Source: a virus. Taken from it: a stretch of 64,000 bases of DNA. Within the stretch, counting starts at the first letter, position 1. Each line of letters starts with the position of its first letter. The notes below the pieces were generated by a model that saw only the letters and a list, made by a program, of their open reading frames with translations, did not search any database and was not told the DNA's origin. Shown here in pieces: positions 1 to 8,455 of this stretch. Both the position numbers and the translations under genes were made by a program. The stretch is taken from positions 1 through 64,000 of IMG/VR virus record IMGVR_UViG_3300050025_000126; one strand, written 5' to 3'.

Positions 1-681
1 GGCTCAGGCCATCTACCCTCTACAGGAGGAGAACAAGAAACAGGAGCCACACAGTCTACCCGTGAAGCCTGTTTTTATGCTGTAGCTCAAGCCTGGGGCC
101 TGGGAGAATATATTCCCGAATGTCACTTACTTTTGATTGATGGCAAAGAATACGCCGGTATGCGCTTCCTCCCCAATTCATTTAAGAATTTCAACGACTT
201 GAAGGTGCATGACGCTAATTTACCTAAGCGCCTTCTCAGTCTGTATATAAAAGACGCAGTGTTACACAAGTGGGGCGCCATGGATTTTATTTTAGGTAAT
301 GCCGACCGTAACGCAGGCAACCTAATGGCGTCTGGGGACCGGGTAGTTCTTATAGACCATGGTAGCTCTATGGCTGGACCTTCCTTTAATCCACCGATAG
401 ATGGAGTATCGTTTGTCCCTTATTACCTACGCGCTGGTGTTGCCGATTTCAGCAAAATGACGACCAATGACAAGCTAAGGTGTATGCCTAGGCTAAATGA
501 AGAGAACGGTTTAAAGCTTAAGAAATGGCTTCTAGGGCTATCTCCTCAAATTATGGGGCAGATTATGACTCAATACGGTATTGACCCTGCTCCAGAGGTT
601 GCTAGGCTTGAAAAACTACAACAGGCCTGTTCATACCAGACTGCGGATTTGGCGATTTTATCAATGTGGACGGTCGGATAG
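1..681 (+). CDS. HipA/PI3-PI4-kinase-like protein kinase domain (5'-truncated by window edge)
   Basis: Frame is open from base 1 (…TREACFYAVAQAWGLGEYIP…); catalytic loop DFILGNADRNAGNL and metal-binding LIDHG motif. Confidence 0.8.
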   Translation, partial: GSGHLPSTGGEQETGATQSTREACFYAVAQAWGLGEYIPECHLLLIDGKEYAGMRFLPNSFKNFNDLKVHDANLPKRLLSLYIKDAVLHKWGAMDFILGNADRNAGNLMASGDRVVLIDHGSSMAGPSFNPPIDGVSFVPYYLRAGVADFSKMTTNDKLRCMPRLNEENGLKLKKWLLGLSPQIMGQIMTQYGIDPAPEVARLEKLQQACSYQTADLAILSMWTVG

Positions 682-683
682 CG

Positions 684-815
684 ATGTTGTTAGAGGCCCC
701 TCTTAGTAAGATTTGTCCTGGGTGTAAATTAGACCTGCCCATGGATGCATATTATGATGCAAAAACTCGTAAGTGGGGCAAGGCTCGTTCCAGGTGCTTT
801 TCGCATACAACATAA
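684..815 (+). pseudogene. Zn-ribbon remnant of an HNH/EndoVII homing endonuclease N-terminus
   Basis: 43-aa ORF MLLEAPLSKICPGCKLDLPMDAYY…RSRC resembles the KxCxxC…C repeats of 15968, 19988 and 48585 but stops with no nuclease domain. Confidence 0.55.
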
Positions 816-914
816 CCTTCCTTTGAGGAAGCCTTGCAGTAAGGACAGCGGTTCTTTCGTTTGAATAGGGAGATGAAAAATGGGCTCATGTGACCTCTTT
901 TGTATCTGGAGTAG

Positions 915-921
915 CAATCTT
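915..921 (+). promoter_or_regulatory. putative late promoter motif CAATCTT
   Basis: Same heptamer found upstream of most + strand virion gene blocks. Confidence 0.65.
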
Positions 922-955
922 AGCGTGTAGAAGGATTTTTGTCAACAGGAGAAAC

Positions 956-1345
956 ATGATCAAGAATACAGTAGATTTCAGCATCGATTGTCGCGGTGAG
1001 TTAAGTGGTAATCAGTATACAGGGGCGTTCACGGCGCGAACCAAGTTGTCGTTAAGAGACTCACTAAAACAAGACGAGCTGTATCGTAGCATCTTGGGAG
1101 CCAATAGTCAAGATGCTAGTCCTAGTTCTAAAAGTATTGCTGCGGCAATTGCTTATCTTTCCACACATATCCTTACCTCTCCAGATTGGTGGCGGGCACT
1201 CGATTCTGGCTTGAAGTGCGAAGATGTTAATTTACTCGCTGCAATAAACAATGCATGCCAGGATAAAATTGATCTAGAATATAAAGCTTTGGCTGAAGAG
1301 GGCTCCAAAGCAGAAGAGTTGTTGAAGGCTATCCCAGGAGCGTAA
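956..1345 (+). CDS. putative tail assembly chaperone
   Basis: ATG 956 with AGGAGA RBS; 129 aa; position upstream of the tape-measure-like gene. Confidence 0.55.
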   Translation: MIKNTVDFSIDCRGELSGNQYTGAFTARTKLSLRDSLKQDELYRSILGANSQDASPSSKSIAAAIAYLSTHILTSPDWWRALDSGLKCEDVNLLAAINNACQDKIDLEYKALAEEGSKAEELLKAIPGA

Positions 1346-1839
1346 TGGACAACGTTAGGGCGATTAAGCTTGTCGCTCTCAAAGACGTAATGTGCGAACC
1401 ATCAACTGACGCACAATGGTATAAGCTTATTAGATGGTATTCTAGAACCTTTGCCACACCCTTACACGAAGTAGATGATTTGCCTAGATTAGACATTCTA
1501 AGGGCTTATTTTTCTGAACATTATGAGAACATGGACGAAGGCGAGTTACACCAAGAGCTACAAGACCTACTCAAGCCCGAAGATAAGCTACAGGATAGCC
1601 TCAACAAGGCCAAAGACGAGTCTGATGTAGACGACCTGGTGAAAGCCGCAGAAGCAGAAAACAAGGCCTTAAAAGCGAAGAGGAGCAGCCAGGTTAAAGC
1701 TGCCCCTCCAAAAGAGAATATGACTAAGGGTATGTTAGAAGCTATTGAAGGTCTTGGTGCGGCAATTACCAATATCAAGGATGCGATGCCCGAAGATGAT
1801 AAGAGCTTCGGGCTTGATTTCTCAGCTGATAGCCTTTGA
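1345..1839 (+). CDS. hypothetical acidic protein, possible second tail chaperone
   Basis: TAATG coupling to previous gene; RWYSRTFATPLHEVDDLP region; synteny. Confidence 0.5.
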   Translation: MDNVRAIKLVALKDVMCEPSTDAQWYKLIRWYSRTFATPLHEVDDLPRLDILRAYFSEHYENMDEGELHQELQDLLKPEDKLQDSLNKAKDESDVDDLVKAAEAENKALKAKRSSQVKAAPPKENMTKGMLEAIEGLGAAITNIKDAMPEDDKSFGLDFSADSL

Positions 1840-2292
1840 GACTGCTTCTAGCTTGAGCTTCAGAGCCGTGACATCTCCCTTAAGGGCTTTGTTTTCGTTG
1901 ATTAGCCTACGGACTTTGGAAACTACATTTAGGGTCTTTGTCTCCAGGAGGTCTTGCAGTTCACCGTAACAAACTTGGGCTCCATCAGCGTCGATAAGGT
2001 ACTGTCTGACTTCACAGGAACTTCCTTGGTTGGTTGTGCCGCCTTGCGTCGATAAAGGGAGCTGTTTTTGGTAATACGATCTCCGCTCCAGCTAGTGAGC
2101 AGGGCGGTAGAACTTGAGATTGCCATCAATAAGCTGCTGTACGTCACAGTCCCTCCATCCTACTGTAACCCTCGCCTTTTCATCGGAGTAGCAGACAAGG
2201 TCCCCTTCCTGTACAACATCGCCGGCCTTAAGCCAGCGTCCTTCGGGAAGGGTTTCGGTAACCTGTGTCGTGTAAGTGTGCGTGTTTTCCAT
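1822..2292 (-). pseudogene. RRK-module protein with C-terminal coiled coil, interrupted (TAG at 2092-2094)
   Basis: Leaderless ATG 2292; module LPEGRWLKAGDVVQEGD…FYRP; same frame reopens after TAG to TGA at 1822; a YRRK linker lies in another frame. Confidence 0.6.
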
Positions 2293-2299
2293 AAAGGGC

Positions 2300-2337
2300 A
2301 CTTTAACATATTCCTAAACCAAGTCAACAACAATCTT
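2300..2337. promoter_or_regulatory. back-to-back early(-)/late(+) promoter junction
   Basis: Minus: TTGACT-16-TAAAGT; plus: CAATCTT; contains GTCAACAACAATCTT. Confidence 0.75.
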
Positions 2338-2368
2338 TCAAGGGATGGAGTCAAAGGGATAACGCACG

Positions 2369-4969
2369 ATGCCAGACATTAAGATCTCAGCTAGTCCCGA
2401 CGTGTCATCTTTCCGTTCGGTGGACAACCTCCTGAAGGGCCTTATTGTAACCGTTGATCGACTCAACGAGTCAATGAAAGGCCTGGGTAGCTCCATATCC
2501 AAGATCCAAACCGGTGGCATCCAACAAGGCAACGTCTCAGCTATCAAGACCCAAAAGCAAGACAAAGGAGGTGGCATTGGGGCAGTTATCCTTGGAGATA
2601 CAAGCGACATTCAGCAAAGGGCCAACAAGGTCCTGGCAGCTATTGAGTCTATTGATAGGGGTGTAAAGACCAAGGCCGGTAGTATTTCCCAAAGCGTTGC
2701 TTCAATTTCAACTTCCCTTAGGTCTGTTGGCAGCGGTGGTGGGGATGGGGATGCAAGTGACGTATTTGCCAGGAATGGAGCTGTAGGGGCAGCTCACCTT
2801 GGAGCCGGTGGCAGAGCTAGGCCTACAGCTCCCTCAGGCGCTCCTACAAATCAGATTGTACCATCTTTGTATCCTACGGCCAATAAACCCAGTTCTGGTG
2901 GAGGAGGTGGGGGAATAGGGATAGGGGGTCTTGTCGGAGGTGTGGCAGGAGGGGCAGAGGCTTTAATGTCTGGCAACATGAGTGGCTTCTTTGGCTCCAC
3001 ACTTGGTAGGTTGGGAGTGGCTGGAGCCGTTGCCTATGGGGCATATAGATTAGCCGATGCTGGTTCTGGGTATGCAAATAACGTAAGGTCGGCAAATCTC
3101 GACTACCAGGTCAACTTCCCCTTAACTCAGATGCAGACAACAGCAGATGCTATGGCCCCGTTTAAGCAAATAGGCAGAGACGGCTTGGGGTGGAACATCC
3201 TTGGAATGTCGGGGATGCGCGGAGCAATGCAGAGCGATGCATATAGGACTATTATAGATCCTGTAAAGCGTAAGGAGATGGTTGCTGCCAAGCTTAAGGA
3301 TTGGACCCTGTCTGGTAGATTGGCCAATGAATTTTCCGTTGCCGTAGATCCTCATGCCGGTAAATTGTTTGGGGCTGTGGTCAATGCCCTAGCTACCCCG
3401 ATGCCTTCTAATATTGGTGGGATGATTCCTATGGCTGGTATTACTTCGACCGCCTTGATAAACACGAGTGCTTCGAATGGGGATATCGCAAGGTATGATA
3501 TAGCTCGAAAGAAAGCTGAAGCCGAGGCCATTTCTGAATCAGCAGCTGGTATTGTGTCAGTTAAGGATAGTGTCATTAGGCAGAAGACATCCTTGGACGA
3601 GTATTATGAGAATGCTTTTTCTGGTGGTGGAGCTTTGAGCCGTGTAAAGACTATGAGGTCTTTTGGCAGAAGTACAGCTCCTATTAAGTTTAGGGATGGT
3701 TCTTCGGCTGAGGCTTATGAGTGGACCCAAGCGCAGGCGTTAGCCCAAGGGCGAGATTTTGGGGATATGGCTCAAGAATACCATCAGGTGCAATTAGGTA
3801 TTGGTAGAGGATATAACAAGGTCTTTGGTGGATATGGGGCTGTGTCAGCCGGGGAAGCTGGGTTTGGTAATATAACGCAGATTGCCAAGATTGCTGGTAT
3901 GATTACCGGTAGTACAGGTGGGGCAGGCACGATTATCGATAACATCCAAGGGATGACCAACGGTAAGAATGGTATTGATGTGGCCGTCAGTAGGGATTTG
4001 TTCCAAACATTAGCGCAGAATGCTTTGAATTCTGGAATGTCCGGTGCTAGTTCTTTCAACCAAGTTAATAGGATGGTGGGCACTTATGTGAGCGCCGGTG
4101 GATCAAATGTTGCCACACAGCAACGTAATGCTTACGGGTATGGGTTAGGTGGTCAATTAGAGCAATCTTATACTTCAGGGTCTAGGTCTCCTTTTGATAA
4201 GATTTCTTCTTGGCAAGATTCTATCTATGGTACTGGAGGCGTGTTTGATGGTGGAACAATAAGGTTGCAGGAGATGGGAGCTACAGACCCCAGACTATTG
4301 GCTTCTATTGCTTATGGTGGAGCCAAGGTCCCAACGTGGGCAGTCGGCCTTATTGATCAAAACTCAGCTAGAATCTACCTAGAACAATCACGTAAACGTC
4401 CATTTGCTACAGTTGTGGATGAGTTATGGGCTAACAGGCCTAAGCAGGCATCTATATTAAGCAAAATTCGTGAAGGTGGTGGAGACCCTAATTCTTTCTT
4501 TGAGAGTAGATTGAGTGGTTTAAAGCGGGGGAGTACCGAATGGTGGGAGGCTGAAGCCACTGCCGCTGAGGAAGCTGGAGGTATCTTGGGCGGCAACAAG
4601 ATGGCCAACGCCAAGATGTTGTCGGAGCAATATCTTAGGACGCAGACCTTAGACAGGCCTACTGGACCTGGTGCCCATTCGCCAGGGGCAGCTGATTATG
4701 AAGACATTGTATTAAAGAATGCTTCAATCTATCAAAAGGAAGTAGCCAAAGCGGCCAAGGCCAAAGGCGGGCCTCTTTCTGACAAAGCCAAAGATGATAT
4801 TGCTAAGGGGCTTCACCTCAAAGACCACCTAATGGCAGAAGAGGCTTTAAAGAGTGTTGGAGGAGACATACCCGCTTTGTCAGACGCTTTCGTAAAGGCG
4901 GCTTCTGATTTGGCTACTGCTATTAAGAGCAGGGCAGCCAAGAATCCTAGTACAGCAAGAGCACCATAA
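2369..4969 (+). CDS. tape measure protein-like
   Basis: 866 aa Gly/Ala-rich helical protein between chaperone-like genes and baseplate hub. Confidence 0.6.
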   Translation: MPDIKISASPDVSSFRSVDNLLKGLIVTVDRLNESMKGLGSSISKIQTGGIQQGNVSAIKTQKQDKGGGIGAVILGDTSDIQQRANKVLAAIESIDRGVKTKAGSISQSVASISTSLRSVGSGGGDGDASDVFARNGAVGAAHLGAGGRARPTAPSGAPTNQIVPSLYPTANKPSSGGGGGGIGIGGLVGGVAGGAEALMSGNMSGFFGSTLGRLGVAGAVAYGAYRLADAGSGYANNVRSANLDYQVNFPLTQMQTTADAMAPFKQIGRDGLGWNILGMSGMRGAMQSDAYRTIIDPVKRKEMVAAKLKDWTLSGRLANEFSVAVDPHAGKLFGAVVNALATPMPSNIGGMIPMAGITSTALINTSASNGDIARYDIARKKAEAEAISESAAGIVSVKDSVIRQKTSLDEYYENAFSGGGALSRVKTMRSFGRSTAPIKFRDGSSAEAYEWTQAQALAQGRDFGDMAQEYHQVQLGIGRGYNKVFGGYGAVSAGEAGFGNITQIAKIAGMITGSTGGAGTIIDNIQGMTNGKNGIDVAVSRDLFQTLAQNALNSGMSGASSFNQVNRMVGTYVSAGGSNVATQQRNAYGYGLGGQLEQSYTSGSRSPFDKISSWQDSIYGTGGVFDGGTIRLQEMGATDPRLLASIAYGGAKVPTWAVGLIDQNSARIYLEQSRKRPFATVVDELWANRPKQASILSKIREGGGDPNSFFESRLSGLKRGSTEWWEAEATAAEEAGGILGGNKMANAKMLSEQYLRTQTLDRPTGPGAHSPGAADYEDIVLKNASIYQKEVAKAAKAKGGPLSDKAKDDIAKGLHLKDHLMAEEALKSVGGDIPALSDAFVKAASDLATAIKSRAAKNPSTARAP

Positions 4970-6969
4970 TGGCGACTTCCCTTGATCCATTAAACCTATT
5001 AGGTAATGCCTATGACAATAGGTTTGTGGGTGTTGATGAGCTATTGCCTGGTGCTTTTAGTAAGCCTGAGAATAATATAACTGAAACGGTTCCCTTGCCT
5101 AAAATTGAGCAAGGGGTGGTATATGATGTAGGTAAGGACTATGGTAAAGAAGGCGAAACCGATCTTTCTTCAAGCCCCTCTTGGTGTATAGCTATATTCC
5201 GTTTGGGGACACCCGTTACCTATTCTAGATTTGAGTCTAAGTCGATATCTTCTGTGACCGTACTGGGCGGTGTCATTAGTAGAAAAGAGGCTCCTTTAAT
5301 TATTACTAGTGAATGTATACAGATGCAGGTTTCTTGCACCAAAGAGAGTTGTACTAAGACTCTTAACGCAACTTTAAAGGGCGATACCAACTACCTGTCT
5401 GCCAACACTGTTCTTCCTGGGGACTGGTTGATGGCATGGATGCATACTAATAGTAATGATACTAAAAGAATAATAAAGTCTTTACAAAGTGGTGCGGCTG
5501 CCAATGATTTTAACTCTGGTTTAAAGTTTGTCGGTAGGGTTCACGATATCAGGAAGAATCTTAGGGTAGACGCTAACGGAGCTAAGACTGTTACCTATAA
5601 CTTGCAAGGCGTAGGGTTTGATGAACTTTCCACTATGTTCTTTTATGATCCTGCTTTAGCTACAGCTGAGTCATTAACCGATATATGGCAGTTTTTGGCT
5701 CATATCAGTCAGGATATAAACGCCTGGATTAGCAAGGTTAGTCCTAGTGCTGGACAAATTAAAGACAACGCCGAGGCTTTGGTTGTTGGGTTTTTAGATT
5801 TGATAGTAGGTAAATCGACATCTTCAATTATCAATAGACCTGGGGCTAGAACCGGTCTTGACTCTGATTTGAAGGTTTCGCCTCAGGTAAGTGGAGAGGC
5901 ACCTTATGCATATTTAGTACCTGTAAGTGTAGCAACTACATTAGGCAGAACGATTGTCGATTCTAAAAAGGGCGACGGGTTCAGCCATCAAGCATTCGGA
6001 TACGCAGACCTGCTTACACTGCTGACGGGTGTTCAAAAGTATAAACCTGTCGATGACGAATTCCACCATGGGTTTGTGCCAGACAATATTGATTTTAGTA
6101 AATCGACCAAGGGCCGTCTTAGATGTTCAGATTCAATTAAAGGCACGTATATACCTATTGAGCAATGTTTTATCAATACTCCATTGTGGGGATTGTTGAA
6201 CCAGTTTAAGAACCCTACCATTAACGAGATGTACACTTGTATTAGGCCAGATGTTTTTGGCGATCTGATGCCAACGATTGTGTTTAGGCAAATGCCGTTT
6301 AGTTCTAACTCAATACAAGAAGACTCTTCCATGCCTTTGACCAGGTTTTTGGGCATGCCTAGGTGGAAGATACCAGCGGCTTTGATTACTAATTTAGATT
6401 TGGGTCGGTCCAATACCGCTCACTGGAATTTTATTCATGTTTACGGCAATCTAAACCTATATCATCCTGAGTCAGAAACCAGCATTGCTGCTCAAATGTT
6501 AAAAAACCCTCCCATTGCTGACTATGTTGATATGGCCAGATCGGGGATGAAACCGTTTATGTCTGTCGTATCTCAATCCATAGAGGACGCTTCTATTCCT
6601 GGTAGAGGTAGAAAGTGGATGGAGGCTATTGCTGATTGGACTATGGGCGTTCAGTTTACCTTGAACGGTACAGTAAATTGTTTTGGTATTCAAAGCCCCA
6701 TTGCAGAAGGCGACAATATCGAAGTAGACGGAATAGCTCTTCACATAGATAGTTTGACGCATAGCTGTGGAATTAACGGCAACTATAAATACTTCAATAC
6801 AACGCTTAATGTCACACATGGTATGCCCATAGACCAAGGTGAAGCTAGCCCAATTGCTCCTAGATACCCAGGCATGGCCCCAATCGTCTTTAGCAACGAT
6901 TTAAGGCAGTCTGGGGACGACAAGGTAGCAACTACTTATAACCCAGGGACGACGGTGGAGAAGGGCTAA
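4969..6969 (+). CDS. baseplate hub/tail protein
   Basis: 666 aa; KFVGRV…YNLQG N-terminal motif and C-terminal LNGTVNCFG…IDSLTHS…TTLNVTHG typical of hub (gp27/gp44-like) proteins; follows TMP. Confidence 0.65.
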   Translation: MATSLDPLNLLGNAYDNRFVGVDELLPGAFSKPENNITETVPLPKIEQGVVYDVGKDYGKEGETDLSSSPSWCIAIFRLGTPVTYSRFESKSISSVTVLGGVISRKEAPLIITSECIQMQVSCTKESCTKTLNATLKGDTNYLSANTVLPGDWLMAWMHTNSNDTKRIIKSLQSGAAANDFNSGLKFVGRVHDIRKNLRVDANGAKTVTYNLQGVGFDELSTMFFYDPALATAESLTDIWQFLAHISQDINAWISKVSPSAGQIKDNAEALVVGFLDLIVGKSTSSIINRPGARTGLDSDLKVSPQVSGEAPYAYLVPVSVATTLGRTIVDSKKGDGFSHQAFGYADLLTLLTGVQKYKPVDDEFHHGFVPDNIDFSKSTKGRLRCSDSIKGTYIPIEQCFINTPLWGLLNQFKNPTINEMYTCIRPDVFGDLMPTIVFRQMPFSSNSIQEDSSMPLTRFLGMPRWKIPAALITNLDLGRSNTAHWNFIHVYGNLNLYHPESETSIAAQMLKNPPIADYVDMARSGMKPFMSVVSQSIEDASIPGRGRKWMEAIADWTMGVQFTLNGTVNCFGIQSPIAEGDNIEVDGIALHIDSLTHSCGINGNYKYFNTTLNVTHGMPIDQGEASPIAPRYPGMAPIVFSNDLRQSGDDKVATTYNPGTTVEKG

Positions 6970-7117
6970 CCTTCCTTCGGAAGTAATCAACCGAAGTATC
7001 CTCTAGCTTTTGACCAATACAACAGTTAACCGGCCTCCATGTCTTGTCGTTTAACGAACAAAACTGATCTGTGTCTTTGATTCGTTCTCCCAATTTTAGC
7101 ATTCTGTATTCTGGCAT
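6932..7117 (-). CDS. single RRK-module protein
   Basis: PEYRMLKLGERIKDTDQF…W…IG…YFRRKV; AGGAG RBS. Confidence 0.75.
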   Translation of the reverse strand: MPEYRMLKLGERIKDTDQFCSLNDKTWRPVNCCIGQKLEDTSVDYFRRKVSPSPPSSLGYK

Positions 7118-7126
7118 GGTAGCTCC

Positions 7127-7351
7127 TTATTCATGTGGACAATATGAGATAGCTGTTCCATCATTTAGAACATCTATCACAAAGAAAGTGTTTGACGCAA
7201 AAGGATATTCATATACGGTGCTGTCCAGGACTTCTTTATCGTAGGCCATGTTTTCAACGACTTTGTACAGAGGCACCGAGTTAGTCAGCCCTGGGCGCTT
7301 TAACCTAGGCCGGTTCTTGCTTTTTAAAAATGTATTAAGAGAGCTTTTCAT
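7127..7351 (-). CDS. hypothetical protein, paralog of 54840-55040
   Basis: AAGGA RBS; shared MKxxLxxFL start and DVLxDGTAI[ST]YxP end. Confidence 0.7.
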   Translation of the reverse strand: MKSSLNTFLKSKNRPRLKRPGLTNSVPLYKVVENMAYDKEVLDSTVYEYPFASNTFFVIDVLNDGTAISYCPHE

Positions 7352-7374
7352 GTTTCCTTTGTTAAGTTTTTGAG

Positions 7375-7487
7375 TAAAAATTGCCAGGATTCACGCCTTA
7401 CCTGGCATGGCGCTTCCTTACTAGACTAAGCTCGGAAGGTGTTGGTGTTTTCCGTTGAAAAGTTCCGACAAATCAATCGACCAACAA
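7375..7487 (-). ncRNA. putative structured small RNA / attenuating leader
   Basis: Directly downstream of TTGACA promoter; stems TGTTGGT/ACCAACA, CTTCC/GGAAG and TGCCAGG/CCTGGCA followed by ATTTTT. Confidence 0.4.
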
Positions 7488-7492
7488 AACCA

Positions 7493-7531
7493 ATGGTATC
7501 ACGTTTCAGAAAACTGTCAAGTAGCAATCTT
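7493..7531. promoter_or_regulatory. back-to-back early(-)/late(+) promoter junction
   Basis: Minus: TTGACA-16-TACCAT with TG extension; plus: CAATCTT 6 nt before GTG 7538. Confidence 0.75.
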
Positions 7532-7537
7532 AAGTAA

Positions 7538-8455
7538 GTGCCAGAGACGATTCCTTCTATATACAGCGTGTCATCTATAGGTGGTGGCCATCATGGCGGA
7601 ACCTTACCCAACGACAATGTGCGTCTAAGATTTGGCGAAGTCAAGAGAGAAATCCTACCTAATAGTAAGGAGTCGTATTCCAAGCTGTACCGCGAATATG
7701 AAGTCTTAGTGCAGCATTATGAAGGCGGTTCTGCAACGCACCGCATGTATCATCACTGCATGGTGTTAAACTCTCTTTGCGGCCTTGGAGACCATTCGGA
7801 TATGGCCCTTAGGACCTCTGATAAACCAGACTTTCATTTGGGCAATGGCTCTAGGGTGTTCTTGTTGTGTGTAGAAGGGAACGACGCTAGGGCAATTATA
7901 ATTGGTGGACCACAGCAAAGGTTGGATGATTCTCCAAAAGGGTTGCACAAGGAATTAGAATACAATGGCGTCAACCTTCAAATCAATGATGATGGGTCTT
8001 GGACGTTGGTTAACAAGGGCAAGACTAATTCAGACGGCTCTATGAGTGATAAGGCGGATAGTGAAGGTGCAGGGACAACTGTAAAAGTAGAGTCTAATGG
8101 TAATTTTATTGTTAATACCCAGAATGGTAAATGTATTATCAATGTGAACCACAAGTCAGGCGCTATTGACGTTCAGGCCTCGGATACTATTACTATTAAA
8201 ACTACTAATGTTTCGGTTGAGGCCGATACAATTGATTTGAAGTCAACCTCTACTAATATCAATTCTGACTCTGTTGGCGTTGGCTCTAATGCCGTTTCCC
8301 CTGCGGTCCTTGGAGACAAACTTGCCGCTATCTTAAGTGAAGCCTTTGGAGTCATTGGACCTACATTACCTACATCTCCACAACAAGCCGCTGTAGCCGC
8401 CGCCGCAGCTCAACTTGTTACCGCATTGTCTTCCTCAGTTAGGGTGGCTCAATAA
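7538..8455 (+). CDS. baseplate central spike (gpV/gp5-like)
   Basis: N-terminal OB-fold-like GSRVFLLCVEGND…IIG; C-terminal beta-strand repeats and AVLGDKL. Confidence 0.7.
   Translation: MPETIPSIYSVSSIGGGHHGGTLPNDNVRLRFGEVKREILPNSKESYSKLYREYEVLVQHYEGGSATHRMYHHCMVLNSLCGLGDHSDMALRTSDKPDFHLGNGSRVFLLCVEGNDARAIIIGGPQQRLDDSPKGLHKELEYNGVNLQINDDGSWTLVNKGKTNSDGSMSDKADSEGAGTTVKVESNGNFIVNTQNGKCIINVNHKSGAIDVQASDTITIKTTNVSVEADTIDLKSTSTNINSDSVGVGSNAVSPAVLGDKLAAILSEAFGVIGPTLPTSPQQAAVAAAAAQLVTALSSSVRVAQ

Noticed and set aside
1290-1350. Programmed -1 frameshift between tail chaperone genes
   Set aside because: No clear slippery heptamer; the genes are coupled by a TAATG overlap instead.
2092-2094. Genome-wide TAG recoding (alternative genetic code)
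   Set aside because: Long genes are intact under the standard code and TAG ends several genes normally; this is an isolated case.
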